From Selaginella moellendorffii (lineage: Eukaryota; Plantae; Lycopodiophyta): DNA of 64,000 nucleotides. The stretch spans positions 1,419,048 to 1,483,047 of the forward strand of contig NW_003314270.1 of the NCBI RefSeq assembly GCF_000143415.4, in the 5' to 3' direction. The position numbers were made by a program, and so were the translations under genes. The notes beneath the pieces were generated by a model. The model ran no database searches and was not told where the DNA came from. It worked only from the letters and a program-made list of their open reading frames with translations. How positions within the stretch are numbered: the first letter of the stretch is position 1; each line of letters opens with the position of its first letter. Of this stretch, positions 49,251 to 61,003 are shown piece by piece.

Positions 49251-50744
49251 TTACACGCTTCGTTTCTTGAGCGACTTGAGGTGCACATTGAGCTCGGTGG
49301 TGTTGATGAACGAATCCTTGGTGATCTCGAACGAATCGTACCTGAGGAACATCTCCGCCACGAACTGCATCGTGATGAGCTCCGCGACATCCTTGGCGGG
49401 GCACTGCTTGTTGCTGGAGGCCGGCGATTCGGTCTCCCGCCCGTTGGACCAGACGAGGTACGGCAACACCGCCTTGCCGCGCTCCCCCAGGAACCTATCG
49501 GCCACGAACTTGTGCGGCTCCTCGAAGACCTCTGGATCGCGCATCACGAAGTACTGGTGCCCGCCCAGGAGCTCGCCCTTCTTGATCTGGAACGCGGCGT
49601 CGTGGGACTCGATCACCATGTCCTCGCGCGCGCGGCCATACATGTAGAAGATCGAGGGCGTGAGCCGCAGGGTCTCGAGCACGGTGGATCGCAGCAGCGG
49701 CATCTCCAGGAGCGCCTGGGTGGTGATATTCACGCCCTCTTCTCCCTGGGCGCGGTTCTTGTGCACAGCCGATCGCACCTCCGCAGCGATCTTGGCCTGG
49801 AAATCCTCGCCCAGCAAGCCCAGGTAGTAGATGAGCGCCGGGATCATCTTGTGCAGGCCGAGGCGCGCATTGATCCCCAGGATGAGGATGAGCTGGTGGA
49901 CAGTCTCCTCGCGATCCAGCCCATACTTCTTCTCCGCGAGATCCAGCGCCTCGGTGGCGTGCGTCCGGTAGAAATTCGCGAGCGCCTTGTACTGCTTCTT
50001 CACGAGAAACGGTGGCAGCCGGAAGGTGTGGAACAGCAGCTCCTCCAAGAAGTGTGGAAGCGGTGTGTGAGCGATCCCGGCGAAGTTTACCCCCGTCCAT
50101 AGCTGGTATGTGTCCCGGAACTTCGGTCCCAGGCTCGCCGGCCCCGGCTCCGCGGGATCTTTGTGGACGATGGTGCGCAGCAAGAACCTGGTGATCATCG
50201 CGTCCGACGAGGCGAACACCTCCGCTTTGCCCGACTTGGCGATGCGCTCCTCCCAGGATCCGGCGGTCTCGGCGAAGACTTTGTTATACTCCGGGATGAT
50301 CCGCGAGGAGTTTACGTGGAGGAGCTCGAAGATGAGGTCCTTGTAGGCGGTGTGCTTGGCCTCGGAGGTGTCCAGGTATGGGAGGACCCGGTAGCCGCCG
50401 GTGAAGGCCAGGTTGGGGATGTAGGGGCCGAGCAGGGTGTCCGACTTGTCCACCTTGGAGTTGTCCAGGAGGACCGAGAAGCTCTTCTGGTCGAGCAGGA
50501 TGATCCCGCGGGAGTCCGGGTAGCCAGGAGGCCCCGGGGAGTAGTTCACGCGGAAGACGGTGCTCTTGTGCTGCTCCATCCGGATGCGGAAGAACTCGGT
50601 GTCTCCCTGGAACCAGTAGAAGTCGAGGCGGTCCTTGACGGCTCCCAGGACCGGCAAGCCATAGCTTCCAGGTACTTCTTTCAGTGGCTTGCTTGGCTTC
50701 GATGGATCTGATGGCGCTGCTGCTGCTGGCTTAGACATCGACAT
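49251..50744 (-). CDS. CYP74: CYP74 fatty-acid hydroperoxide-metabolising P450 (non-AOS type: DES/EAS/HPL-like)
   Basis: VPGSYGLP, DRLDFYWFQG, STVFRVN, FTGGYRVLPYLD, ETLR, WSNGRET, NKQCPAKD (heme Cys); intronless. Confidence 0.93.
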   Translation of the reverse strand: MSMSKPAAAAPSDPSKPSKPLKEVPGSYGLPVLGAVKDRLDFYWFQGDTEFFRIRMEQHKSTVFRVNYSPGPPGYPDSRGIILLDQKSFSVLLDNSKVDKSDTLLGPYIPNLAFTGGYRVLPYLDTSEAKHTAYKDLIFELLHVNSSRIIPEYNKVFAETAGSWEERIAKSGKAEVFASSDAMITRFLLRTIVHKDPAEPGPASLGPKFRDTYQLWTGVNFAGIAHTPLPHFLEELLFHTFRLPPFLVKKQYKALANFYRTHATEALDLAEKKYGLDREETVHQLILILGINARLGLHKMIPALIYYLGLLGEDFQAKIAAEVRSAVHKNRAQGEEGVNITTQALLEMPLLRSTVLETLRLTPSIFYMYGRAREDMVIESHDAAFQIKKGELLGGHQYFVMRDPEVFEEPHKFVADRFLGERGKAVLPYLVWSNGRETESPASSNKQCPAKDVAELITMQFVAEMFLRYDSFEITKDSFINTTELNVHLKSLKKRSV

Positions 50745-50972
50745 TGGTAGCGGGGAGACCGAGCAGAGGTTGCTGCAATGCATTTTTTCGCTTGTCAACC
50801 GAAGTGGATCGAGAGATCTAAAGAGATTAAGCGCTTACCTGTGGAGGCGATATTTTTTGGGGCGAAATCAAGGTAGTGGAGTGATTTAATATATAGTCGT
50901 CTTTCTTGACTTTAGCCTGTAGCTCTTATGGCACAGTAGTGGCCAACTTCAAGTTTACCTCCTCGCAATTGT

Positions 50973-53378
50973 TTAACAAGCCACTGTTTCCTCGGGAAGC
51001 GAACAGACAATCTTACAGTGAGGAGTTAACTTCTTGTTTTGTCGCAAGTTTTGTACTAACAAGAGTGCTGCCGATTTTCCAGGATCCAGATCCAGCAGCC
51101 GTGCCGCCGCCGCTCGTCCTCTTTGCGCGTCTCCGTAGCTCACCCAAGCACCCAGCAAGTACGTCCAGTCCACAACGTCGGCCGCGAAAGGCATGGTTTC
51201 CACGAGCTCTTGGCAGGAATCGAGGTAGCCGGACCGGGCGAGCGCGTCCACCATGCAGGAGTAGTGCTGCTTCGACGCTCCCAGGCCAAAGTCGGCTCTC
51301 ATCGAGACGAAGTGATGCCTCCCCTCGGCGGGCTTGCCGTGGTGGCTGCAAGCGATCAGGACCGACACGAAACAAGCGGGGTCTGGTTTCAGAGCCGCTG
51401 CCTTCATGGCGTCGAATGTTTGGAAAGGTAACGAGCTTCGGGGGTCGTCGTTGCTGCTGCAGCTGTTGTGGGCGGCGAGCATTGCGCTCCAGAGCACTAG
51501 ATCTTGATCTGGGCTCGTGTCAAACATCTTCTTGGATCGCCTGAAATCTCCTTTCTGGGCAAACGCCGCAAGCATTACGGTCCGTGAGACGACGTCGTGC
51601 TCTGGCATTCCTTTGTAGAAAGTGTTGGCCATGGCTGAAAGAGACTGGGATTTTTGCGCCGCTAACAACGATGTCCACGAGACGAGATCCCTCTCAGGCA
51701 TATTATCAAACGTTTGTTTGGCATCCTCCACATGCCCATCTTGGGCATACAGAGAAAGCATAGAGTTCCAAGTTAGGAGATTCTTCGATGGCATCTCCTC
51801 GTAAATCTGTCGAGCTCTTTGCGTAAACCTGTGCCTTGTAAAAGCTGATATCATGGTATTACAAGTGATGAGATCTAACTCTGGAATAGAATCAAACAAC
51901 TTCGTTGCATCGTTAATATGCCCCAACTGGTTGTATACTCCTAAGAGTGTGTTCCATGACACCAGATCACACACGGGCATGTTGTTGAGAATGGTTTGAG
52001 CGTATTCGAGATTCCCTGCTTCTACACAAGCCGAAAGCATTGCGTTACATGAGCAAAGATTCCTTTGAGGCATGCTATCAAACAAAACTCGGGCTTCTCT
52101 GAAATCACCAGCTTGGGCATATGCAGTGAGCATCAGAGAGTACGTGACTAGATCCCATTCAGGCATACGCAAAAGAATTCTGTTGATTTCTGTCACAAGA
52201 AAATGACTCGAAATTCCGTTTAAGAAAGCATTCCAGACCGTGATAGTTCTCTCCGGCATGCTCTCGAATGCGTGCATGGCCTTTGCAATGTACCGAGCTT
52301 TGGCATATCCAGACACAAGTGATGTCCACGAGAGAAGATTCCACTCGGGCATCCCATAGAACATACGCTCTGCTTCGACAACATTTCCTGATTCTATTAA
52401 CATTTCAACCATGACAGCCGAAGAATCCAAGTCTAATGCCGGCATGCTCTCCAGCATTTGTTTTGCCTCTAAAATATGCCCTGATTGGGCATATGCTACT
52501 AAAACAGCAGATGCCAGTTTTAGATCTACGTGAGACACATTTTCAAGCAACGTTTGAGCGTCCTCAAACAGATCTACTTGAAACAGCATTGTGATCATAA
52601 CCGTGTACAAAACGAGGTTGTGCTCCGGCACCATATTAAAAATCTTCTTTGCACCTTCGACATGCCGGGCTTGAGCATATGCTGTTAAGATTGACATCCA
52701 AGAGAACAAATCCCTCTCTGGCATAGCATAAAACGCGTCTTTAGCACATTCAAGAGAGGCAGAACATACACACACGCCAAGAAAAATGTTGTAAGACAAC
52801 CAGTTCCGCTGCGGCATTTCTAGGAAAAACTCTCTTGCGAGCTGTAAGTCCCCGGCACGCGCGATGGCGGTAAGTGCTGTAGTCCAAGACAGCAAATCCC
52901 TTTCCGGCATCTCGTTGAAAAGAAGCATAAACCCATCAAGGGGAGTGTTTTGAGCAAAAGCAGCGAGCGCGGAGTTCCAGCAAACGAGATCTCGGAGTGG
53001 CACGCCATCAAACATTACTTTCGCTTGATCCAAATCCCTCCTTTTGGCAAATGCCGTGATCATCCTCGTCCACAGCACGAGATCCGGCTCAGGATGTTTG
53101 TCAAAAAGTGCCTTGGCATGATCGGTGTGGCCTGATTGAGTGTAGGCGTTGATCATGAAATCCCACGTAAAGATCGAACACCTCGAGTGAATCGTGTCGA
53201 AAATCTCTCGCGCGGCATCGATGCCGCCACAATTGACGTACATTTCCACAAGCTTTTCCTGCAAGAAGACGTCGTTGGCTGCCGCAGCTGGCGATCGGAG
53301 ACTCCGGTCGATGATCTTCGCCTCAGAGTAGCTTGTGCATCGAGAAATCGTCTCCAGCCACTGCCCTCTACTGATCAT
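50973..53378 (-). CDS. PLS-class PPR protein with E domain, no DYW
   Basis: ~800-aa intronless ORF of PPR repeats; QHYSCMVDALARSG..MPFAADVVDWTYLLGA.. Confidence 0.92.
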   Translation of the reverse strand: MISRGQWLETISRCTSYSEAKIIDRSLRSPAAAANDVFLQEKLVEMYVNCGGIDAAREIFDTIHSRCSIFTWDFMINAYTQSGHTDHAKALFDKHPEPDLVLWTRMITAFAKRRDLDQAKVMFDGVPLRDLVCWNSALAAFAQNTPLDGFMLLFNEMPERDLLSWTTALTAIARAGDLQLAREFFLEMPQRNWLSYNIFLGVCVCSASLECAKDAFYAMPERDLFSWMSILTAYAQARHVEGAKKIFNMVPEHNLVLYTVMITMLFQVDLFEDAQTLLENVSHVDLKLASAVLVAYAQSGHILEAKQMLESMPALDLDSSAVMVEMLIESGNVVEAERMFYGMPEWNLLSWTSLVSGYAKARYIAKAMHAFESMPERTITVWNAFLNGISSHFLVTEINRILLRMPEWDLVTYSLMLTAYAQAGDFREARVLFDSMPQRNLCSCNAMLSACVEAGNLEYAQTILNNMPVCDLVSWNTLLGVYNQLGHINDATKLFDSIPELDLITCNTMISAFTRHRFTQRARQIYEEMPSKNLLTWNSMLSLYAQDGHVEDAKQTFDNMPERDLVSWTSLLAAQKSQSLSAMANTFYKGMPEHDVVSRTVMLAAFAQKGDFRRSKKMFDTSPDQDLVLWSAMLAAHNSCSSNDDPRSSLPFQTFDAMKAAALKPDPACFVSVLIACSHHGKPAEGRHHFVSMRADFGLGASKQHYSCMVDALARSGYLDSCQELVETMPFAADVVDWTYLLGAWVSYGDAQRGRAAAARLLDLDPGKSAALLLVQNLRQNKKLTPHCKIVCSLPEETVAC

Positions 53379-53434
53379 CAATCAATCAAAATGCCCAAGA
53401 AATACTTCGATTAGGTCAAAGTATTTGGGACAAA

Positions 53435-55317
53435 ATGTTTACTCTCAGGGTTTTCCTGGAGGGAGAGGAGAAGCCGCGCTGCGATGGCGAGGAGGAGATC
53501 GAGCAGCGCGTAGCAATCTTTCGAGGCGCTGTGCATCTCTTTCGCGATGTTTTCGAGAGACCTGGCATTTCCTTTGGCAGCCTGCCGGTACGCTCCTATC
53601 TTGTGTTCCCTGGCTTAAAAATCCCCCTAGTTCGTGTGGCAGGACGAGCGCAGCGAGAATCTGTGCGTCCTTGGCGTCCCCAGCGCGATCGAGCCCGCTG
53701 AATTCTTCCAGATTGCGAGCTCTTTCTCGGACAAGATCGAAAAACTCCAATGCATCAGGTTTGAGGGAAAATGAATGCCTTCTTTGCGTTTACCTTTGTG
53801 AAGTTTAGTGTTTCCAATCTTCCAGGAATGATACAAGCCAGACTATGGTGCTCCAATTCGACTCTCAAAGCTCCGCTGATGCGTTCTACCATTCTTTCGA
53901 TGTGGATCTTCTTCCATTGAAGGTGATACATGTAGTTTGCTTGAGTTCACGCTTGCTGACCTTTCCTCCTTGTTTGATAGAATGCCATTTGCCACGTACT
54001 ATACACAACGGATGTCTACTTCACGAATTCCTTACAAGACGCATGCGAAGCTCCTCCTGGATTGACAGAAATCCCGACTTGCACATTTTGTCTCCGTGAG
54101 TGTTTCAAAAACTAGAAAGAATTTGACACTGTTTTGCTTGCAGAGCGGCTTGACGAGCACATAAGCGGCGTTCCTGCGAGAAAAGTTGACTCTTTTGATC
54201 CGCGAAACTCCTCTTGCTTAGTTCGTATGCTACTCGTTTTCACTGTGTGCTTATACACCGCTAAGTTCTTGGCAGGTCTGCTGGTACAGTCTTCAATCGG
54301 AGAATACGACGTGCTCCGTTTGTCCCACGAGTGAGAACCTTTGGGTCTGTGTGATATGCGGTTTCGTAGGCTGCGGAAGGTATTCGATCATACGCTTCAA
54401 ACCAATGACTCTCTTTTTTTTCGTTCTTCCTTTCACTAGGTACAAGGAAGGCCACGCTATAAGGCACTGGAAGGAGACCAGGCACTGCTGTTCGCTAGAG
54501 CTCGAGAGCCAGAGAGTGTGGGACTACGTGGGGGACAACTACGTACACCGCTTTATCCTGTCTAAAACAGATGGAAACTTGATGGAGCTAATGGCTCCCT
54601 CGAGCGATGAATGCAGCGGCTGTGAGTGTAGCGGTGGTTCTGACGCGTTTGAACGTTCGTGCGACACCAAGCTCGACAGTGTACGTCATGTTTCGTTTCG
54701 TGTTTTGCTCGTCATGTGAAAACGCAACCGGTTGACTTGCAGCTAAAGAAGGAATACGAAATCCTCCAGGCCAAACAGTTGGAAAGCCAGAGCAAAGTAA
54801 GTGTTCTCGCAGAATCTTAAAAAGCTAGCGCATTTTTTCTTCCAGTACTATGAGGGACGACTCGTCCAGATTGTGGAGGAGCAAGAATATGAAATAGCCT
54901 CCGCGATTGAGAGGCAAGCGTCGGCTCGGCTGCACAAGCTCCAGCTGAGGCTGGATAAAGCGGAAAAGGAGAAGAACTTCCTTACTCAGGTTACGTTTTG
55001 TCATACCACACTCCGCCTTGATCTTAACACTCGCCGTGTGCTACAGCTGAACCAGTGCCTCGCTGATAACCAAAAGAAATGGGAGAACAAGTGCCATGAC
55101 TTGGAGGAAAGGTGAGTTTTTATTTCCATGTTCCAGCAAGCTATAATCCAGGGACACCCTCGCAGGGGATCGGCAACATTGAAACTTAAGGATCAAAGAA
55201 TTGCAGAGCTTGAGGAACAGGTCGGTAGCTCTTGTGAAAATGTGGTAAAAAAAAAAAAATCGCGTTAATCAACTCTTGTTCCTGCAGATGCAAAGCCTGA
55301 TAAAGCAATTGGAGTAG
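53435..55317 (+). CDS. BRAP2/BRIZ-like protein (BRAP2 domain, degenerate RING, ZnF-UBP, coiled coil)
   Basis: GAVHLFR; CSVCPTSENLWVCVICGFVGCGR|YKEGHAIRHWKETRHCCSLELESQRVWDYVGDNYVHR; QYYE..LNQCL..NQKKW..KDQRIAELEEQ. Confidence 0.88.
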
Positions 55318-55501
55318 CATGCTTTGTTAATCAATGTATAAACGTTCCAAGGATTAAGATAATAGTAGATTCGTGCTATTATCTTTAAACATGACCTAGA
55401 CTAAGTTTATCTACAAAAACTTTTACTTTGGTTGTCCCGGGCATGACGACAAAGTTTTTGGTATTTCTTTTTTTCTAGGCTAAGGCAATACATTCGCGGC
55501 G

Positions 55502-58280
55502 ATGGAAGGAAATGGGGGCGAGATGAATGCCAAGCCCGTGGAGGTGATCCAGCTATGGACGGGGCCGAGATCGCTGAGTACAAGCCTCATGTACTCCTTC
55601 GCGCAGGTGGAGATCTAGATTTCTTGAGCTTGCTTTGCTCCCGTGAGTAATTTCGCGATATTTATCATCGCTGTGATGCCAGCGAGACGATACCGAGGTG
55701 CTGGATGAGCCGCTCTATGCGCATTACCTGCGCGTCAGCGGCGCGGAGAGGCCATATCGGGACGAGCTCTTGACGGAAATGGTGAGAAGTTCGCCTCTTC
55801 TTTCTTCTTGGAGCCCCTTATTTCGAAGTTTGGTGTGAGTAGGAGTCGGATGGGAGCAAAGTCGTGGAGGCGATCTTCGGTCCATGCAAGATGAAGTATC
55901 GCTTCTGCAAGGTACGAGAAAGCTCACTCCTTGTGAGCATCCACCGATCCAATTCGCTCGAGTTTCTTGCAGCAAATGGCCAAATTCCGGACACCTTGTC
56001 TCACAGATGACATTCTCAAGGGGAAGCATGTCATTCTTATCAGAGATCCGCTGGCGATTCTCGTAAGTTCCTCGTACAATGAATGTTTGAGGTCGGTGTC
56101 TCACGCTTCGTGTTTGTGTACAGCCTTCTTTCGATGATGTTGTTCCCGCGACTCTCAAGGATCTCCAATGGTCGTCGCTTCTCAGTATGTACAGTGACCT
56201 CCAAAGCATTGGAGAAAGTCCACCCGTGATTGACGCGTCAGACCTTCAAAAGGATCCCGAGGTATGACTTCCACGTTTCTCACAGATTATCATTGGTGCT
56301 CTCTTTTTCTTTTCTATCTTCCACGCTTCTCACAGATTACTATTGGTGCTCTCTTTTGCTTTTCTATCTACAGGGCGTTCTACGAGCTTTGTGCGCGGCA
56401 CTTGGCATGGACTTCCAACATGCCATGCTCAAGTAACTTGGATCTTTCTTTTCTCTAGTTTTTTCTTTTGGTTGACTCAAACTGTGAAACTTTTAGGTGG
56501 AATGCTGGTCCCAAACCAGAGGATGGGATGTGGGCAAAGTGGTGGTATAGCTCTGTTCACAGGTCTACGGAATTCTCGCCATTGCCGCTCCATCCACGAA
56601 AGGTCTGTATTTACCTTTGAGAGATCCTGTCTAAGTATACTGGATATTTCTTCGTTCTTTTGCAGCCTTTCCCAAAGGCTTTATATACACTCTTGGAGGA
56701 ATGCCGACCAATTTATAAGATGCTTAAGCGGCATGCTTTGCAGCCACAGGCACCCGAGGCTCCACCATTGCCGGTGCCGTCCAACAAGAATATCTTTGCC
56801 TGGGTCGGAGACGAGATAGTTCCCCGAGATGACGCTAAGGTACAAACCTCTTTTCTAACCTGGAGCTTCTTTTGTTTAGATTCTCGTCCTATCAGGTTTC
56901 TGTGTTTGATTCTATCGTGCAAGGTGGAGACGGTGTCTGGGAAGGGCTCCGCATTTACAAAGGGAAGGTTTTCAAGCTGGGGGAGCATTTAGACAGGTTA
57001 GAGAATTTCTTTTTCTTTCGAATTTGACATCCATGCTTGAACAGGTTGTTTGATTCGGCCAAGGCGATGGCATTCACAAACCTTCCGAGCCGTGACTTTG
57101 TAAGAAACCTTGTTCGAGACTCGGATTACTAACGCGTGAGTTTGCAGGTGAAACGAGCCTTGTTTTCGACATTGATTATAAACGGGATGTTTGACAACGC
57201 TCACGTTCGTCTCACACTGACAAGAGGAATGAAGGTTTTTTTTCTTGCTTTTGAAATATTAGGAGGCTGTAAACACGTACGCAGTGCTTTTGTATAGGTT
57301 ACGTCTGGAATGAGTCCTGCATTCAACTTGTATGGCTGCACACTTCTAGGTACGAATTTTCTCGACATACAAATACTTAATTGACAGGAGATTCTTCCAG
57401 TTGTCGCTGAATGGAAGCCACCGGTGTATGACAATAGTGGAGGCATTCGATTAATCACTGCTTCAACCCGTAGAAACTCTCCAAACGTAAGTAAGGTCGT
57501 CGGGTTTTGGTTTTTTTAACTTCTGTTGCGTCCCTTGTTGTAAACAGTGCCTAGATTCGAAGATTCACCATAACAATCTCATCAACAACATACTTGCGAA
57601 GGTCTGTTTCTCTGTGATGTCCTTTTCGAAGATTCACGCATAGCGTTTTTCATAGGTGGAGGGAAACACTGCTGGTGTGGACGATGCTATAATGCTCGAC
57701 TGCGACGGCTTTGTGTCTGAAACAAATGCTACAAACATAGTTAAGCTGGGAAAACGATTTGCGATTCTAGATTCTTATCGTTTCTGTTTGACAGTTCATG
57801 GTGAAAAAGGGACGTGTTTTGACGCCCTCGGTGGATTACTGCTTACCAGGAATCACACGAGAAACCGTAACAACTTTCCAACTGAGCTTCCCATCTCATT
57901 AACTCGTTGACTCTCCTTGTCCAGGTTATTGAGCTCGTGAAACAAGAAAAAATCGCAATGATCGAGAGAAGGATTTCATTGACAGAGTTTCACACAGCAG
58001 ACGAGGTAGCTTTAGTAAACCCGTCATCATCTAGATGGACTTAAGAGTTGTGTTCTTCCAACGCTATAGGTGTGGACAACAGGAACAATGGGAGAGATCA
58101 CACCGGTATTTTGCTAGCTTTCCATATCCTTTCATGTGTGAATTTGCAAAACTCCTGATGATCCAGGTCATAGAGATCGATGGCCGACAAATTGGAAGCT
58201 CACGTCGCATTACCTCGAGGATCCAAGCCGCTTATAAAGCTCTCACAGACAAAGAAGGCGAGCCCATCCCTTGCAAGTGA
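55502..58280 (+). CDS. Sulfotransferase-like domain + class IV (BCAT-like) aminotransferase fusion
   Basis: [36 protein letters not shown]; [68 protein letters not shown]. Confidence 0.9.
56268..56369. repeat. Two-copy 50-bp tandem duplication within an intron
   Basis: cttccacg(t/c)ttctcacagatta..attggtgctctctttt..tttctat repeated with period 50. Confidence 0.9.
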
Positions 58281-58404
58281 GAGATAGCCAAGTACCATGT
58301 ATTTCTTTTCTCAAGCCACCTTCTCGGTGACTTTAGTCTCGCTTCTCACCGTCTGAAAAGGCCACTTCCTCAGTGGCTTTGGTTTGTTAATCTAAGCTTA
58401 AACT

Positions 58405-59130
58405 GTGGGTTTAATTGCCTTTTCTTGTTCCATATAAATAGACCTTTTAAGCCTCGACTGAAAAGATTGGCAGCGATGGAGAGCGTGCCCAAGAAGGCTA
58501 AAGGTAACAGTAACGTGATCAAGAAGGGAAAGAACACGAAGAGGCAGTGAGAGGAGGAGGGACAAGCAGGAAGTAATGGCCATCCCAAAGAAAAGTCTGA
58601 GCAGCAAGGTAGCATGTAAAATTGATGAGTTAGATATCACTTAGCATCAAGATTTCTATAACTTCTGGCCGCGACCGACATCCAAGCTATTGATACGGGA
58701 CTACCTCCACTGCGCTAGAGCTCAAGAGCTTTACAGGCTCACCCAAGAGCTCTACTGCATCCAGGAAAGAATAAATTGCTACGATCATGATGAGAGGAAC
58801 GCCCAGCTCTTGGTGGTGATTGGCAAGACAAAATGCCACATGATAAGGTAACTCAAGGACTTTTGCAGCTCTAGAAGATGCACGGGAGACAAGGTCTGAT
58901 ATAGGGTTCAAGTCAAAGAAGGCAAAAACTTTTGCATTCTATTCAAGTACAAGTTTGATAAGACGAGAGTGAGCACGATCTGGGAGATGTCCAAGGAGAT
59001 CCATGCCCAAAATTGCATGAGGAAGACAAATAACATGATTCAAGAGACCCTCTCCTATATATCACTGGGAATGGTTACTTCTCTCCAATCCTTCTGAAGA
59101 GCAATCACTATTGATCTAAATTAGTGTATT
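58405..59130 (+). pseudogene. Decayed copy of the orphan ORF at 61004-61747
   Basis: Collinear with ~61005-61765 (e.g. gactacctccactgcgct, aggaacgcccagctcttggtggt, ctattcaagtacaagtttgat, ggaatggttacttctctccaatcc) with stops and indels. Confidence 0.88.
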
Positions 59131-60494
59131 TATTGATTGTAAGAACATTAGAACCTTTGTAATACAAACCTTTCAATGTATCAAAATGGAGAGTATGAAA
59201 TTTCCTCATCTCTATCTTTCTGTGTTTTGCTTTTTAATCTTACCTTCAACTAAAAGGACCATGCTATAACAAATGGCTCCTTTGAGCAATGTAAGTAGTT
59301 TCCTGCTTTGTCATTAATTAAAAGTTATAATTGTTTCTAATTAGCTAGTGTAGCTAATTGATCCTTTTGGTCAAAATAGACATTTAGTCTAGTGCTATGA
59401 TTCTTGCTTTAGTTGCCAGAGGTTACAAGTTTGATTCTTTGGAGTTCCCCTATCTTCTATTCTAAAATGATGTGATCCTCTTGCATGCCCAAATGAAAAG
59501 AAAATATGAAGTTTCTTACGTCAAAAGTGAAAGCTAGTGAATGCCAATCCATTGTAAGGAAAGGGTCCCTAGATTAAAGCTAGATTAAAATATGGAAAAA
59601 AAACTCACCTAATCTCACCTCTATTTTCCCATTTATTCTGTTCTTCCTGGCTAAGTCGAACAGTTACAAAGGTAAGATTGTCAAGTGTATAGATTTTGCT
59701 AGAGCTCATTTTAGATATCTTTGTATAGGAGCTCAAACTTGAAACTCTGTCTGTCAGTAATGGATAATTGATAATGAGCTTTCTGTGCATGGCACCTTTG
59801 TAAATGGTCTGGTAATTATAATACCTTTATAATGTCAATGAAATCTGGTTTGCTGTGGAAGGCACTAATCAATTTGGTATGATCAGGTGTTCCAGGCAAA
59901 TAAACAATTGGTAAACAAATTGAGTATAATTGGCAACCTTCTCAAAAAAGTGATTACTTTGAACTTTATAAAAAAAATTCATGGATAATTAAAAATTTAT
60001 TTATTTTAATGAGAATATATTATATTATTATTTTATATAATACCGTTTTATAATTAATTGAAAAAATGATAAATTTTTTAAAGAGAAAATTTGTAATTTT
60101 TATAGAAGTTATTCTTGCCTACCCAATGTTAGTATCAATATGAACTCTAGCAAGGGATCCATTGGGATTAAAGCAAGTTGAAAGGGTGTCACTTAAGAAT
60201 GTAATGTCCAAAGTTGGGTTGGTTGATATAGTAATTAAGTATTCCAAGAGTGTTTACCATTGATTATAAGAACACAACAATCCTATAATTGAAACTAACA
60301 TAACAGAATGTATCAAAATGGAGAATAAAAAATAGTGTGAATGACAAAAGATATTTTTAGTTGCTGAATGGTTCAGAAACTAATAAAGGGTTAAACAATA
60401 TTGATCTTTTGCCATTGTGACAGTAAAAAAAGAATATCTAAAAAAAAAATTATATACAATTAACTTTTGATACCCATAATCACATTTGTGTAAT

Positions 60495-60960
60495 TTTTGG
60501 TTTTTTAACTTATATTGTGTCCCTTGTTATAAACAATGAATAGATTTGAAGATTCACCATAACAATCTCATAAACAAGATACTTCAGAAACTTAAGCAAA
60601 GCTGTTTTCTCTGTGATGTCCTTTTCAATGATTTGTCTTTCAGCATAGCAGACTCAAGGGCTGCCAAAGTGGCAAAGAAAGACCAAGGCAAGGAAGGACA
60701 AAGAGATCGCACAGAAAAATGCTACAAAAATATTTAAGATGGCAAACCGATTTGTGAATCTAGATTTACATCATTTCTCCTGTTTGACAGTTCATGGTGA
60801 AAAAGGGACGTGTTTTGACACCCTCGCCAGATTACTGCTGACCATAACATCTTCATTAACAGAGTTTCACACAGCAGATGACGTATCATCTAGATGGAAC
60901 ATTCTTCCAATGCTATAGGTGTGGACAACGGGAACAATGGGAGAGCTCACACTGGTTCTT
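60495..60960 (+). pseudogene. Decayed copy of the BCAT-like gene 3' exons
   Basis: gaagattcaccataacaatctcat, gttcatggtgaaaa.gggacgtgttttgac, acagagtttcacacagcaga, ggtgtggacaac.ggaacaatgggagag match 57505-58105. Confidence 0.88.
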
Positions 60961-61003
60961 GGTGAGTTTTGCCATCACATAATTTCTTGAAAAGGCTTAA
61001 ACC

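Noticed and set aside
39308-58280. ADC synthase plus class IV aminotransferase as a pABA/folate gene cluster
   Set aside because: The class IV protein is the sulfotransferase-fused BCAT-like type rather than the plant ADC lyase, and the genes are 13 kb apart with unrelated genes between
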